A stretch of 64,000 bases of DNA from a virus. Its lineage: Duplodnaviria > Caudoviricetes. Positions within the stretch are counted from its first letter, which is position 1. Every line of letters starts with the position of its first letter. The translations under genes were made by a program, and so were the position numbers. Of this stretch, positions 40,572 to 51,771 are shown piece after piece. Under the pieces are notes generated by a model. It was not told the origin of the DNA. It worked only from the letters and a program-made list of their open reading frames with translations, and made no database searches. The stretch covers positions 1 through 64,000 of the IMG/VR virus record IMGVR_UViG_3300035498_000371. The stretch is one strand, 5' to 3'.

Positions 40572-42488
40572 ATGTTTAGGATCAAAGGTTACGAACCAGG
40601 GGCAAATATAACGGTTCTTAATACGATTTATCATAAGAGCAGAAAAGATCCAGAGACTGGAAAATATGGGAAAGATTCCATAGATATTATTTTTAAAGAT
40701 TTGGATACAGGGCAGAAAAAGATTGAGCATATAGTTGAACCGACGTATACTTATTATATAGCTAATGATGACGTTCAGATTCCATATAATCAATTATTTA
40801 CATCTAAAGATAACGTTCATCCAGTCATATGTAAATATCGAGATCTTCTGAAGGATATAGCAGAGAAGACAAATAATACAGAATTCTTTTATGATAATAT
40901 AAAGAATGGTAATTATAGAGAGAATAATAAGCTTCTTACAATTCCAAAAATATTTGGTGCTGATACTCATATAGAAGATTTTTATAGAGCAGAATTCGAT
41001 AGAACTTATAAGAATGATCCATATGTTCCAAGTAAATTGTATTTCGATATAGAGGTTGATGGTAAAAATATGAGAGGAGATTTTCCTCAGCCTGGAGAAT
41101 GTCCTATAAATGCAGTAACATTGGTAGATGATTTAAATAAGCAGGTTTATACACTATTGCTAAATAATCCTGATAATCCTCTTATAGCAGAATTTGCAGC
41201 ACAACCAAATCTTACAGCAAAACTAAAAGATTTTGTTAGGAAAAGTGTTGGCGGATGGAAACAAGAGAAGAGATTTGGATTAGATGTATTTGAATACCAT
41301 ATTTTGTTTTATGATGAAGAAATCAAATTAATCTACGATATGTTTAAGTATATCAATATGGTTAAGCCAGATTTTGCATTAGCGTGGAATATAGCATTCG
41401 ACTTACCATATATTATTGAACGTATTAGAGTATTAGGATATGATCCATTAGATATTATTTGTCATCCAGACTTCAAAGAGAAAGAGTGTTATTATTATAT
41501 AGATAAGAGAGCTCAGAAGTTTGAAGAAAGAGGAGATTATGCAGCAATATGTGCATATACAATTTATCTTGATCAGTTGATTACATTTGCATCTCGTCGT
41601 AAAGGACAGAAGAAAGGAGCAATCACAAGTTATAAGCTTGATTTTGTTGGTTCGGTTATTGCAAAGGTTAGAAAGCTCGATTATTCTCATATAACTCATA
41701 GTGTTATTGAATTACCATATCTTAATTATGAAGTCTTTGCGTTCTATAACGTAATGGATACAATAGTTCAGTTATGTATTGAACGTAAGGTTGGTGATAT
41801 TGATTTTGTATTCAATAAAGCATTAACGGTTAATACTAGATTTTCTAAAGTTCATAGGCAGACGACTTATTTAGTTAATCGTGGTATAAAAGATTTCTAT
41901 GATATGGGTTATGTGATGGGTAATAATATCAATAAATCTAACGAAAAAGAAGGTTTTGCAGGAGCATTCGTAGCAGATCCTACTTTAGTTAGTGATAAAC
42001 CTAAGGTTAAAATAAATGGTAGAGCAATTAATATTTGTGATAACCTAGACGATTTCGATTATAAAGCACTTTATCCGTCCATTATTGACGAATCAAATAT
42101 GGCACCAAATACTCAGCATGGTAAAATATTGTTGCCTGAAAAGTTGGACGCTAAGGAGAATAGATTCAATAACGAATACTTTGATAGGAGCGTTTGGTTT
42201 GTTGAAGATTTGGTATGCCACAATAGATTGGATTTCTGTCAAAGATATTTGCATCTTGCAGGTTATGAAGAAATGTATGATGATATAATCAAATACTTCT
42301 CAACGATAGAAAATCCTGCGGGAAGATTTAGATATTCTGATCCTATAAGTGGTAAGAGATATATGTACCATATTATCAACAATCAGCAAAATAGGATTAT
42401 GTGCAGAATATCTCAAGATGGAGAAAAGAGAAGAATGTGTTTTAAGGTAGATAAAATGCCTAATGGTATATTACCTAACGTGATGTAA
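40572..42488 (+). CDS. Family B DNA polymerase, N-terminal polypeptide (3'-5' exonuclease plus motif A)
   Basis: FDIEV, AWNIAFDLPY, YNVMD, FAGAFV, DFDYKALYPS; lacks motifs B and C. Confidence 0.9.
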   Translation: MFRIKGYEPGANITVLNTIYHKSRKDPETGKYGKDSIDIIFKDLDTGQKKIEHIVEPTYTYYIANDDVQIPYNQLFTSKDNVHPVICKYRDLLKDIAEKTNNTEFFYDNIKNGNYRENNKLLTIPKIFGADTHIEDFYRAEFDRTYKNDPYVPSKLYFDIEVDGKNMRGDFPQPGECPINAVTLVDDLNKQVYTLLLNNPDNPLIAEFAAQPNLTAKLKDFVRKSVGGWKQEKRFGLDVFEYHILFYDEEIKLIYDMFKYINMVKPDFALAWNIAFDLPYIIERIRVLGYDPLDIICHPDFKEKECYYYIDKRAQKFEERGDYAAICAYTIYLDQLITFASRRKGQKKGAITSYKLDFVGSVIAKVRKLDYSHITHSVIELPYLNYEVFAFYNVMDTIVQLCIERKVGDIDFVFNKALTVNTRFSKVHRQTTYLVNRGIKDFYDMGYVMGNNINKSNEKEGFAGAFVADPTLVSDKPKVKINGRAINICDNLDDFDYKALYPSIIDESNMAPNTQHGKILLPEKLDAKENRFNNEYFDRSVWFVEDLVCHNRLDFCQRYLHLAGYEEMYDDIIKYFSTIENPAGRFRYSDPISGKRYMYHIINNQQNRIMCRISQDGEKRRMCFKVDKMPNGILPNVM

Positions 42489-42506
42489 TTGGAGGTGTAT
42501 TATATT

Positions 42507-43145
42507 TTGGAATTAAGTATAAGCGATTTAGTTTATATAAATGATGCGGCGAAGTCCCTGAAATACAGTGACTTCGTCTTTATAAATAATCTACTGGTTG
42601 GTATAGATAATATAAATACGTATACAAGCAAGGTTATTCTTGATGTAAATAAGCTATCTAACGTATCATTGATTGGATTGAGTTTTAATCAGAGAGAACT
42701 ATCTAAATTTGTGAAATCTCTATCAGTAGAGTCATCATTCTATATAGATGAAAATCAACCAATAAATAAAATATATAGCACTGCAGGTGCAGTAGAGTTA
42801 AATATTCATATTGATTCAGTGATGAATAATCTTGTAGCAGCAAAGATTAATCAGAGTTTAGATATAGATAATCTTATGATTAATTCAGAAGATGTGACTG
42901 CTGATATGGAAAAGTTATTTAGCATGAGAAAGGGAGACGGAGCATTCTATTATGTGAGCCATGATAACCATTATATGACTTTATTTAATGGATTGCTCCC
43001 ATTGAATAAATCTGACAAAATATTCCTATCGATATATGACGCAGGGTATGGAACATTCACTGCAAGATTTATTGTAAAGAAATCAAAATTCACAATTATG
43101 GTTTATGTGTCTTATCTTTCAATACCAAAGAAAGGACCTCAATAA
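42507..43145 (+). CDS. Hypothetical protein downstream of polB (TTG start)
   Basis: GGAGGTG RBS at 42491. Confidence 0.7.
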   Translation: MELSISDLVYINDAAKSLKYSDFVFINNLLVGIDNINTYTSKVILDVNKLSNVSLIGLSFNQRELSKFVKSLSVESSFYIDENQPINKIYSTAGAVELNIHIDSVMNNLVAAKINQSLDIDNLMINSEDVTADMEKLFSMRKGDGAFYYVSHDNHYMTLFNGLLPLNKSDKIFLSIYDAGYGTFTARFIVKKSKFTIMVYVSYLSIPKKGPQ

Positions 43146-43173
43146 TGAGGTCCTACTTTCGTTTTAAGCCTAA

Positions 43174-43185
43174 AACATGAGAATA
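43174..43185 (+). promoter_or_regulatory. Putative late promoter AACA-N6-TA (representative copy, portal)
   Basis: Also at 37069, 60743, 61383, 63157 (+) and 40422-40433, 48652-48663, 57082-57093 (-); matches the AR9 late consensus. Confidence 0.7.
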
Positions 43186-43208
43186 AAACATAAAGGAGGT
43201 TGTAAAAG

Positions 43209-45641
43209 ATGGCTGATAATAAAAAAGACGATAAGCGCCCAATTAGATTTAATGTAATCAATAAGATGGCGAATAGAGTCCAGGATAATATTACTTCATT
43301 ATACAGGTCTGCATATTATTCGGATTCTACAAATCGTCAACAGTTGCAAGCATTAAAGACTGATATATCTTCTTCGATTAAGTCTATAATGGACACAAGC
43401 TCGGATAATATCGGAGAGCCAAATATATCAAGATTATACGAAAGGTTATTTCTAAAATCTCAGGACAATCCAGAAGTTACAAAAGAATTTGAAAGAATTT
43501 TTGGAGATAATGATTTTGTAAATAATCTTGCTAATTCATATCTTGATAATAGATGGGTAAGAGCAGTAGATTCTGAGATAGATGAAGTTCTTAAATATAT
43601 GCCTAAGCTTGAAGAGGCATTACAGACAATACGTGATAACGTGTTGTCGTCAGATAGTTTCTCTAAAGATTATCTTAATCTTGAATCTCATTTTGGTATT
43701 AGTAATGATGATACCAATCAGTTCTCAAGAAATGTAGAGGAATTAAAGAAGAAGTATGATCTTCTATCATTCATTAATGAGCTATATTATGATATCTCAA
43801 AGTATGGTGAGGTATTCGTATATTGTGTACCATATACCAAAGCTATACAGAAGCTTATGGATGATAAGAATACTAACTCTAAGATTGCTCTCAAAACAAA
43901 CTATACTGAAGGTGCAATCATTACCGAATCTGTAACAGGTTTAAGTAGTACTAAAATTCCTGAAGTTGGTTCTGCTAGATCATTGAATGATACATATGGC
44001 GGAGAAGTTAACGTCGATGTACAATTAGAAAGAGGTTTAATTTCTTCTATCGTGCAGAACGAAAAGTTTGCTAGAGATAAGAAGAAGCAGATTAAGATGA
44101 CTTCATTAACAGAACAGTATTTGCATGAGAATGGAGTTATAGATGACGATGGTAAAATATTAATGGAGGCTAAATCATTCAATATCAATGAGGCTCAGAC
44201 GATAGATATTAGAAATGATGGCAAGCCATATAATTATTCCAATACATTTGATCATGATCTTGAAATGGGGGAGAAACTTCCAGTTCATCATAATTTCGAT
44301 CATACTCTCGACGATAATTTACCACTCCCAAATGACAGTGATCCGTCATCTGAGGGACTCGTAGATTCACGTAAACGAAATAAAAGAATAAATGAGATGA
44401 ACGGGTGTATCATTAAAAAATTAAAGCGCGAGAGCGTCACTCCAATCGTCTTGAATGATATTTGCTTGGGTTATTATTACTTTGAATTTGATAATAATCA
44501 GGGAATCTTTGACGAAAGATATACAACTACTGGAATGGTTAATACCATTACGGGATTAATGAATAGCAACAGAGATGAGAATTTTGATATGCTGCAGAGA
44601 AGAGAAGAACTTCTCAGAACTATAGCCTCTCAGTTAGCAGATAAAATTGATACAGAATTTATTAATGATAATCAGGATCTTAAGAAAGAGATCTATTATA
44701 TTCTTAAGTATAATGATGATTTCAATAATGCTGCTGCAATGCATACAAATATCAGAGTTTCTTATATCCCTCCAGAGGATATCCATCATATGTACTTCAA
44801 GCTTGATGAGGATACTGGCAGAGGAATATCTGATCTTAAATTATCTCTTATCCCTGCAAAATTATGGGTTGCCATCTATATTACAAACTGCTTGGCTATA
44901 ATGACCAGAGGAAACGATAAGAGGGTTTATTATGTAAGACAGTCTGTAGAGACAAATATCTCAAAAACATTATTGAAGACTATCAATGAGATCAAGAAAT
45001 CTAACTTTGGTATTCGTCAGGTTGAGAATATTAACTCTGTACTTAACGTTACTGGAAGATTTAATGATTATATCATCCCTAGAGGAAGTGATGGTCAGTC
45101 TCCAATTGAATTTGAAGTTATGCAAGGCCAACAGGTTGAAATCAAAACAGAACTTCTTAATCTTTTGGAAGAATCGGCTATTAATCCTACAGGTGTTCCA
45201 ATAGAGATTATACAGAATCGTCAATCTCCAGATTATGCTATGCAGCTCACTATGAGTAATTCAAAGTTCTTAAGATTCGTATATGGAAGACAGTCTGATT
45301 TCGAGAATATAATTTCTCCATTCTTGACTAAAGTATATGATATTGAGTTTCTATGCAGTGACAGAGTTGAGGTTGTATTGCCTCCACCATTGTTCATTAA
45401 TGTGACAAATACTAACCAGCTCATTGTTAATACTAATGATTATTGCGAGAATGTAGCTAATATAGTAATGAGCGATGAGACTAACGATGCTGTTAAAGCT
45501 AAGTTTATCAAGAAGCTTAAGATATATCATCTTGGTTCTTATATTAAGATGGATGTTATTGAGAATCTTGCAAATCAGGCTAAACAGGAAGTAACCAAAG
45601 ATATGGTATCAAATCCAGAATCTATAGATACAGGTGAATAA
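43209..45641 (+). CDS. Portal protein
   Basis: 810 aa; KYGE.F, R...KRVYYV, D..IP, TGVP motifs; next to tail and terminase genes; late-type promoter motif. Confidence 0.7.
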   Translation: MADNKKDDKRPIRFNVINKMANRVQDNITSLYRSAYYSDSTNRQQLQALKTDISSSIKSIMDTSSDNIGEPNISRLYERLFLKSQDNPEVTKEFERIFGDNDFVNNLANSYLDNRWVRAVDSEIDEVLKYMPKLEEALQTIRDNVLSSDSFSKDYLNLESHFGISNDDTNQFSRNVEELKKKYDLLSFINELYYDISKYGEVFVYCVPYTKAIQKLMDDKNTNSKIALKTNYTEGAIITESVTGLSSTKIPEVGSARSLNDTYGGEVNVDVQLERGLISSIVQNEKFARDKKKQIKMTSLTEQYLHENGVIDDDGKILMEAKSFNINEAQTIDIRNDGKPYNYSNTFDHDLEMGEKLPVHHNFDHTLDDNLPLPNDSDPSSEGLVDSRKRNKRINEMNGCIIKKLKRESVTPIVLNDICLGYYYFEFDNNQGIFDERYTTTGMVNTITGLMNSNRDENFDMLQRREELLRTIASQLADKIDTEFINDNQDLKKEIYYILKYNDDFNNAAAMHTNIRVSYIPPEDIHHMYFKLDEDTGRGISDLKLSLIPAKLWVAIYITNCLAIMTRGNDKRVYYVRQSVETNISKTLLKTINEIKKSNFGIRQVENINSVLNVTGRFNDYIIPRGSDGQSPIEFEVMQGQQVEIKTELLNLLEESAINPTGVPIEIIQNRQSPDYAMQLTMSNSKFLRFVYGRQSDFENIISPFLTKVYDIEFLCSDRVEVVLPPPLFINVTNTNQLIVNTNDYCENVANIVMSDETNDAVKAKFIKKLKIYHLGSYIKMDVIENLANQAKQEVTKDMVSNPESIDTGE

Positions 45642-45736
45642 AATAAAATATATATTACAAGAGATATACCGAGTACCCATATGGGTACTCGGTAATCCTT
45701 AGGAGTATTCACAAATGTCATTTATGGGTTAACTTC

Positions 45737-46711
45737 TTATGATGGTACATAGAAGCTTGAAGCATCGTATGTTGTACCTGTACCCTGAGCTTCTTTTACA
45801 GAACTGTAATCATCTGCAGAAGCACCATAGCTTCCAAGAGTCTTACCAATAAGCTCACTTCCAGTGTAATCATAGTTGTTGCTGTTAATGATAATCTGAC
45901 GAGCTTTAGCATCAGAGCTAAGCAAGTACGTGATCATCTCAGAGGCAGCCTTATCGATCTTCGGAGAAGAGATTGGATAGCCACTGAATTTAACAGTTGT
46001 TTCACGCTTACCAATGTCGCCCTTTGTATAGTTATACATATCTGTATCTGCCGAGTTAAGCTGACAAGCAATAAGCAAGTAAGCAGCCTCAACCTTAAGC
46101 ATGGTATTATCAGTATTGATGAATAAGAAGGTAAATACCTCCTTCTCAAATCCTGGAGTATAACCCTGACCATGGATAAGTCCATGATATGTCTTAACCT
46201 GTGTACGGGGATCTTTAATACCTGTAAGATACAACTTAGCAAACTTGGTTAACGGAGATCCAGATTTCTCATCATAAGTAAGAGAGAATTCTGACGCGCT
46301 CTGCATATTTACCTTAGAGATAACGTTAATGTTATTCAAGTCATCACCAAGCTGAATTGTATCAGCGCTGATATCCTGTAAGCCGTCGAATGACTTAAAC
46401 TCATACTCAATAATATGGGCCCAGTTTACCATGAGTTTATAATACTCAGAATTGTATCTTGCAAGTTCCTGAATGAACTTAGGCATCTGGCAAATAATAA
46501 ATGCAGCATACCCAGTCTCATACGGGTTGAACTGTACGAGAGAGCCAAAATCAGGAACGCCACGCATCAGACGATAACTACTTACGTCCTTGAAATCCTT
46601 CGTATTGGCAAACATATTGATTATTGTTTTATTTGGATCAGAGTTGCTAGCCTGAGATGCTAACGACGCTTTATTGGTCCAGTAATCAGTATTACTTCCT
46701 GCTACGATCAT
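45737..46711 (-). CDS. Tail tube protein
   Basis: Directly downstream of the sheath; QFNPYETGY, EKSGSP.TK, GIKDPRTQ.KTYHG. Confidence 0.7.
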   Translation of the reverse strand: MIVAGSNTDYWTNKASLASQASNSDPNKTIINMFANTKDFKDVSSYRLMRGVPDFGSLVQFNPYETGYAAFIICQMPKFIQELARYNSEYYKLMVNWAHIIEYEFKSFDGLQDISADTIQLGDDLNNINVISKVNMQSASEFSLTYDEKSGSPLTKFAKLYLTGIKDPRTQVKTYHGLIHGQGYTPGFEKEVFTFLFINTDNTMLKVEAAYLLIACQLNSADTDMYNYTKGDIGKRETTVKFSGYPISSPKIDKAASEMITYLLSSDAKARQIIINSNNYDYTGSELIGKTLGSYGASADDYSSVKEAQGTGTTYDASSFYVPS

Positions 46712-46728
46712 TCTTTTTGCCCTCCTTC

Positions 46729-48588
46729 CTAATTAATAGCAATGATCTTAAAGTATTCTTCTTGGAAGAATTCTCTAAACTTCACTACAAGTACTGCATA
46801 GAAGATCTTATTCAACTCGTACTTCTCATCTGCCATATACGTTACAGTGATACTGTTGTAATTAGCAGCATACTCGTTGATAATCTCCTTGATATTGTCA
46901 ATATATGTCTCCAGATCGTCACCGTCTGTAAACGTATATCTTGTCTTTGGGCATTCACTACGAAGTCTCTTGATGATTTCCTGCACGCCCATTACGTTGC
47001 TAAGATAGCTAAGCTGAGTATGCTCTTCGTTATTGGTATACATTGTATCCATTACAGGAAGCCCATCGTAGTAGTTCAGATAGTTGATATTGTTATCAAC
47101 TAACATCTGCTTCTGGTTGGTGCCCGGAATATCGTAAGGCAAGAAGTTGATAGTATCATCAATGATTCCATCGAATGTGAGATTATTTGCAATTCCTGCA
47201 AATGGTCTATGAACTCCAGCCTCAATATGACTAACCATTTTTACCGCCAATAAGTATGGCATTGTAACAGTGATTTCTCTCTTTGTATATGGATCATATA
47301 CATTGAAGAAGTTGTGATAGATTGAAATGTATCTTGAATAAGGAATATTCTTTACATAAGCAATCATGCTGTCGATATCGACGAACTCTGTTCCAAGATC
47401 GGCAAAATACATCATATCACCACGGAAATCTGCAACATTAAGAATCTGCTTCTTAACAGAAAGCGGATAAGCACAGTCGAATGTAGCATCGATCTTATAA
47501 GCATCCAAGTCATAGATAACTGGATCGAACAAGATAGAACTTGTATTTGCTCCCCATGTAGCTAAGAGCATCTTCTCGTATTCATCTGCATTCTTCATAG
47601 GGTCTGTACCCATAGTACCATAAGTACCATTAATGAGTCTAACACCTGTATCTGTAGAAAGATCAATGACTTTATCTGAAATATCAGAAGGAACGTTTGT
47701 AGACCAAAGATCTGATCCGTCTGATGTAGCATCAGAGATTGTTACGAGATTACCAATTTTAACCTTACCTCTGTTATTCATTCCATAAAGGAAATCATAA
47801 TTGATAAGATCATTGGCTGTAAGAGCATTTCCGCTTCCATCTGTTGCTACAGTAGCAAGAGTAGAAACGAATGTCTGAATTCCATCATCATACAGTTTTA
47901 CCTGTACCTGCTTAGAATTAGATTTTACTTTAGGATTTAATGCCTGAGAAACGCCATCCACGATTACATTTGGATTCATTGTAAATAAGATGCTCTCAAG
48001 CTCTGTTGTGCCTTCATATATCTCAAACGAGTAGTTTGTGTAAATAGATGAAGTTTTGTTTGTTGTGTACTCAGGATTGATTCTAATGAAGAGGTTGCTT
48101 ACTCCTCTTCCCATTGGTGCTACAGTAAATAATGGAATATCTACTGTACCATCTGCAGCCTCTGGCTCATCTGCGTTGAAATCTCCGTAGCCTTCAGCAC
48201 ATGCTTCTTTGAATGTCACAACATCTTCGGCCGAGTCTGCATAGATGTAGCTATATAAGATTCCATCTACCTTGACAAGCCTTACCTTAACAGTTATATT
48301 AGCAAGTGTAGCATCTTCAGATACCATACGCTTAGCCAATACAACTCCACCAGCTCTCAAAACTTCAGCAATGGTTAACATTGACTGTCCATGTCTTGCA
48401 AAACTGATAGGGCCCTTAACATCAGTGAAACCATCAAATCCACGGAGCAGTTCCCATTTTTCGGTACCTTTATCGGAAGTGTAAGTTTGCGCTATCACTG
48501 TCACATTACCTGAAACTACTGAGGAATCGATTTCCTGAATCTGAGACTGATCTACAATCTCAGCTTTGAACTTAGGATAACCCTTCAT
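46729..48588 (-). CDS. Contractile tail sheath protein
   Basis: 619 aa; RGD...FAD, DPYT..EI.V, PFAG, INY, sheath-like C-terminus. Confidence 0.75.
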   Translation of the reverse strand: MKGYPKFKAEIVDQSQIQEIDSSVVSGNVTVIAQTYTSDKGTEKWELLRGFDGFTDVKGPISFARHGQSMLTIAEVLRAGGVVLAKRMVSEDATLANITVKVRLVKVDGILYSYIYADSAEDVVTFKEACAEGYGDFNADEPEAADGTVDIPLFTVAPMGRGVSNLFIRINPEYTTNKTSSIYTNYSFEIYEGTTELESILFTMNPNVIVDGVSQALNPKVKSNSKQVQVKLYDDGIQTFVSTLATVATDGSGNALTANDLINYDFLYGMNNRGKVKIGNLVTISDATSDGSDLWSTNVPSDISDKVIDLSTDTGVRLINGTYGTMGTDPMKNADEYEKMLLATWGANTSSILFDPVIYDLDAYKIDATFDCAYPLSVKKQILNVADFRGDMMYFADLGTEFVDIDSMIAYVKNIPYSRYISIYHNFFNVYDPYTKREITVTMPYLLAVKMVSHIEAGVHRPFAGIANNLTFDGIIDDTINFLPYDIPGTNQKQMLVDNNINYLNYYDGLPVMDTMYTNNEEHTQLSYLSNVMGVQEIIKRLRSECPKTRYTFTDGDDLETYIDNIKEIINEYAANYNSITVTYMADEKYELNKIFYAVLVVKFREFFQEEYFKIIAIN

Positions 48589-48692
48589 TGGTTGTACCTC
48601 CTTTAACGTTATTTTTTAATTTATTTATAAATAAATTAAAGCAGTAAGCTTTATTCATATGTTTATTCTAAAGCCATGATCTTGGTAGTGAG

Positions 48693-49127
48693 CTATTTGA
48701 ACTCAAACCCGAAGATATCGTCAACTTCAGCCTTCATATAAGCCTCTAATTTAGCGGTCTCTTTCTCCAAAAATTTGCGTTCATTTTTAACCCACTTCAG
48801 GCATTCTTCCATTTGCTTAATAATCCTATCCCAATCTTCTTTTGTATAACCGCCAGATTCAATTCCAGTAAGGGTACCAAAAGGACCAAATAAGCCATAA
48901 TTAATGCCAGCTCTATTTGCTTGGGCAAGTGTTTTCTGCATATCATTTTTATACTCCTTATGAGGAGTTTTAGATTCTGCCTTGGCTCTTTCTATGCACT
49001 TCTCATATTCTTTCTGATAAGTATCTAAATACGTTAGTCTTCTTTTCCCGTGCTGCATTCTATAAGATTGCTTTAGATAATTCATTGTAGGAGCAGTCCT
49101 GTATATGTACGATGGTTCGTTAAGCAT
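48693..49127 (-). CDS. Hypothetical protein
   Basis: GGAGGTG RBS within the upstream gene end. Confidence 0.65.
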   Translation of the reverse strand: MLNEPSYIYRTAPTMNYLKQSYRMQHGKRRLTYLDTYQKEYEKCIERAKAESKTPHKEYKNDMQKTLAQANRAGINYGLFGPFGTLTGIESGGYTKEDWDRIIKQMEECLKWVKNERKFLEKETAKLEAYMKAEVDDIFGFEFK

Positions 49128-49129
49128 AA

Positions 49130-49873
49130 TTATTCACCTCCATATGCTTCTTCATTCAAATCAGCAGATTCCATCATTATCTTTTCCAATGGCGAGCTTG
49201 TATTTGACTTAACAGTCATAGCAGCAGCAATAGCCTCATCAGCATTTTCTGATGTTATAGCTGTATATGGAGAAGTGTATTTAGGAACCTGAAGAATTGA
49301 TATTGCTTTGTAATCTGTCATATTTTTCATTTCTGAGAATCTAAATGGCTTAGATAAATCAGCCTTAGATCTACACAACTCAGATATTAATAAACCAATA
49401 ATCTGAGGTGATATCTTATAACTAAATCCATTTAACTCTGCATTTTGTAAGATATATTCATGAAGTTCGTCGTAAGGTATAGTCTCTGGCAAATTAGCCC
49501 TCATAAGTAATGTAGTAAATTTCTCTACATTATCTATATCCTTAGGAACTCTTGTAGAACATATTAATTCATCACCATCTTTGAAATGTAAGAATCTATA
49601 TGCGGCTGGTTCTGAAGTGCCCTGTAAATGAAATTTTGGTTCTTTTGTAATGGACGATGGTTTGCATTGAATCATTGTAGGGCATTTAAATGGTTTTAAT
49701 GCAAGCTGTTTACCATTCTTATCATATAAGCCATATGAGAATACTCCCATAACATTTATTACCTCACCAATTGTTTCAGCAGCGCTAATATTAAAGTACT
49801 TCTCAGGAACGTAATAAATGGCTTCACCTTCACCAGTGAAAACAACCTTATCTCCGTCTTTCTTGTAGAACAT
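49130..49873 (-). CDS. Hypothetical protein (late region)
   Basis: AGGAGG RBS; AACT-N6-TA upstream. Confidence 0.75.
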   Translation of the reverse strand: MFYKKDGDKVVFTGEGEAIYYVPEKYFNISAAETIGEVINVMGVFSYGLYDKNGKQLALKPFKCPTMIQCKPSSITKEPKFHLQGTSEPAAYRFLHFKDGDELICSTRVPKDIDNVEKFTTLLMRANLPETIPYDELHEYILQNAELNGFSYKISPQIIGLLISELCRSKADLSKPFRFSEMKNMTDYKAISILQVPKYTSPYTAITSENADEAIAAAMTVKSNTSSPLEKIMMESADLNEEAYGGE

Positions 49874-49930
49874 AATTTAGACCTCCTTTCAAATAAGATA
49901 TTAATTAAAAGTTCAATACAACAAAAATCA

Positions 49931-49955
49931 CCCTCTACGGATTTACCGTAGAGGG
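49931..49955 (-). terminator. Intrinsic terminator (ctctacgg family)
   Basis: ccctctacgg-attta-ccgtagaggg. Confidence 0.7.
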
Positions 49956-49962
49956 ATAATTT

Positions 49963-50706
49963 TTATAAATCTTCACTTGTTATTTGATCAGCATAGATGC
50001 TTGTATTACTAAGTTCTGTAAGTTTTAGATTAATCTCATCCATCTTCTCAGAAGCCTCAACACAACAATCACATCCGTTAGATTCAAGTTCATTAAGAAT
50101 CTCTTCAAGCCTCTCAAGGATTGAGTATTTCTTAACAGAATCATCCTCTGATGGCGCTACATAATCTTCATCATCTTCAAGACATTCGATTCCTCTGATG
50201 GTTGCTATATAGATCTTTCTCTTATCAGAAACACCTTTTGTAGAACAATCAACGCCGATGAATCCCTGAGTAGCAGAATCTGAATATTCCCCTACATATT
50301 TGGTACACTCTTCAGGAATACTAGAGCTTAAGAATCTAAGATAACCATCTGCTACTTTCATTCCTTGCTCTGTTACATAAGTAATGGCATAGCGCTTACC
50401 AATTTCAAGCGTATAGGATTGATCATATTCCTCACTGGTTCCGTATAGATAAACCTTAAGAGTCTTAACCATCATGGTCTCTACGTTGATTATATTTGGA
50501 ACGTTTCCTCTTATTATATTACCATCGCTATTTGTATCATCAGTTGTATATTCCGAACCATCATCGAATACCCTTTCAGCACTTAACCCTCTGAACCTGC
50601 CAGTTTTACAAGCATGATGCTTTGTATGATTGTAGTAAGGAACTTCCTGTTCGTAGAACGTATGTCCGTATTGATATGCGCCTCTTGATATAAAAGGTCC
50701 TTCCAT
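49963..50706 (-). CDS. Hypothetical protein
   Basis: AGGAGG RBS, 247 aa. Confidence 0.75.
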   Translation of the reverse strand: MEGPFISRGAYQYGHTFYEQEVPYYNHTKHHACKTGRFRGLSAERVFDDGSEYTTDDTNSDGNIIRGNVPNIINVETMMVKTLKVYLYGTSEEYDQSYTLEIGKRYAITYVTEQGMKVADGYLRFLSSSIPEECTKYVGEYSDSATQGFIGVDCSTKGVSDKRKIYIATIRGIECLEDDEDYVAPSEDDSVKKYSILERLEEILNELESNGCDCCVEASEKMDEINLKLTELSNTSIYADQITSEDL

Positions 50707-50722
50707 GGTAACATTACCTCCT

Positions 50723-51769
50723 TTATAAAAGATTATTTATCTTATCTAATGCTTTAGCAATGTTACCAAAAATTGTATTATACCTTTCTGACTCTGGATC
50801 TGAAGAGAATTTAAAATCGTAGATGTTATCAACGGTTCTATATACATAAGCCAGATTGCTAAGATTCTCTTCCCCTTCAAGCTGCAGATTTGTTGTCGTC
50901 TTAACGATAATTGAGACGAATTTCTCAATTACATCCATATCATATTCAGGTAGACGAGCTTTAATAATCTCAGGTAACTCTCCAATATCAGGAATTTTGA
51001 TTTCAGTAACATTTACTCTTTTGTTAAAGTAATAAACATCATTCCTTAATCTTTTTCCTCCATGATATTTGTTGAGCCTCTTAGTATTAAGAGTATCGAT
51101 ATAGTCTAACTGGCGCTGATAAGTCATGGATTCGGCAAAAGCATTCTTAATAGCAAGAATTCTATCTGCTCTTTCTGGATCTTCCTGACGAATCTTATCA
51201 ATATCATTGAAGATATCTTCGATTGCATCGCTATAAATAAGATCATATTCTTTATTCATGCCTTTAATGGTTTCATCCATTTCTGTAGTAAATTCATCCA
51301 CAGCCTTATTAAGCTTAGCGTCATTAATAAAGCTATTGATCAAGAATTCAGCAGCAGAATTCTTAGAGATTTTATGACCCATAGCATCAGGACTTGTTCT
51401 TAATCCATCTGCAATTTTCTGCATATCAGATGGCAATCTGTTATAAAGGAACGCATGGTCAACCTTACCAGCCTTATAATCATAAATAAGATTAAGAAGT
51501 TTAACTGCATCCTCATCACCAATATTGTAAGGAGCAAATGCTTCAAGATAATCAGCTTTTTCCTCATTAACCTGAGTATTATCTACTCCTGTAACACTAA
51601 CGTCTGTAATGTTGCTCATAGGTTCAACACCAGCATATTCTGTATTTTCTGTTTCTTCCTGCGCAGCCTTCAATCTTTCAGCGTCTTTGTTATCTTTTTC
51701 TAATTCGTTATACACCATCCCCACCTGTTCTGGTGTAATCTTCGTATCATTGTTTTCAGTAGCAGCCAT
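50723..51769 (-). CDS. Hypothetical acidic helical protein
   Basis: AGGAGG RBS, 348 aa. Confidence 0.75.
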   Translation of the reverse strand: MAATENNDTKITPEQVGMVYNELEKDNKDAERLKAAQEETENTEYAGVEPMSNITDVSVTGVDNTQVNEEKADYLEAFAPYNIGDEDAVKLLNLIYDYKAGKVDHAFLYNRLPSDMQKIADGLRTSPDAMGHKISKNSAAEFLINSFINDAKLNKAVDEFTTEMDETIKGMNKEYDLIYSDAIEDIFNDIDKIRQEDPERADRILAIKNAFAESMTYQRQLDYIDTLNTKRLNKYHGGKRLRNDVYYFNKRVNVTEIKIPDIGELPEIIKARLPEYDMDVIEKFVSIIVKTTTNLQLEGEENLSNLAYVYRTVDNIYDFKFSSDPESERYNTIFGNIAKALDKINNLL

Positions 51770-51771
51770 AA

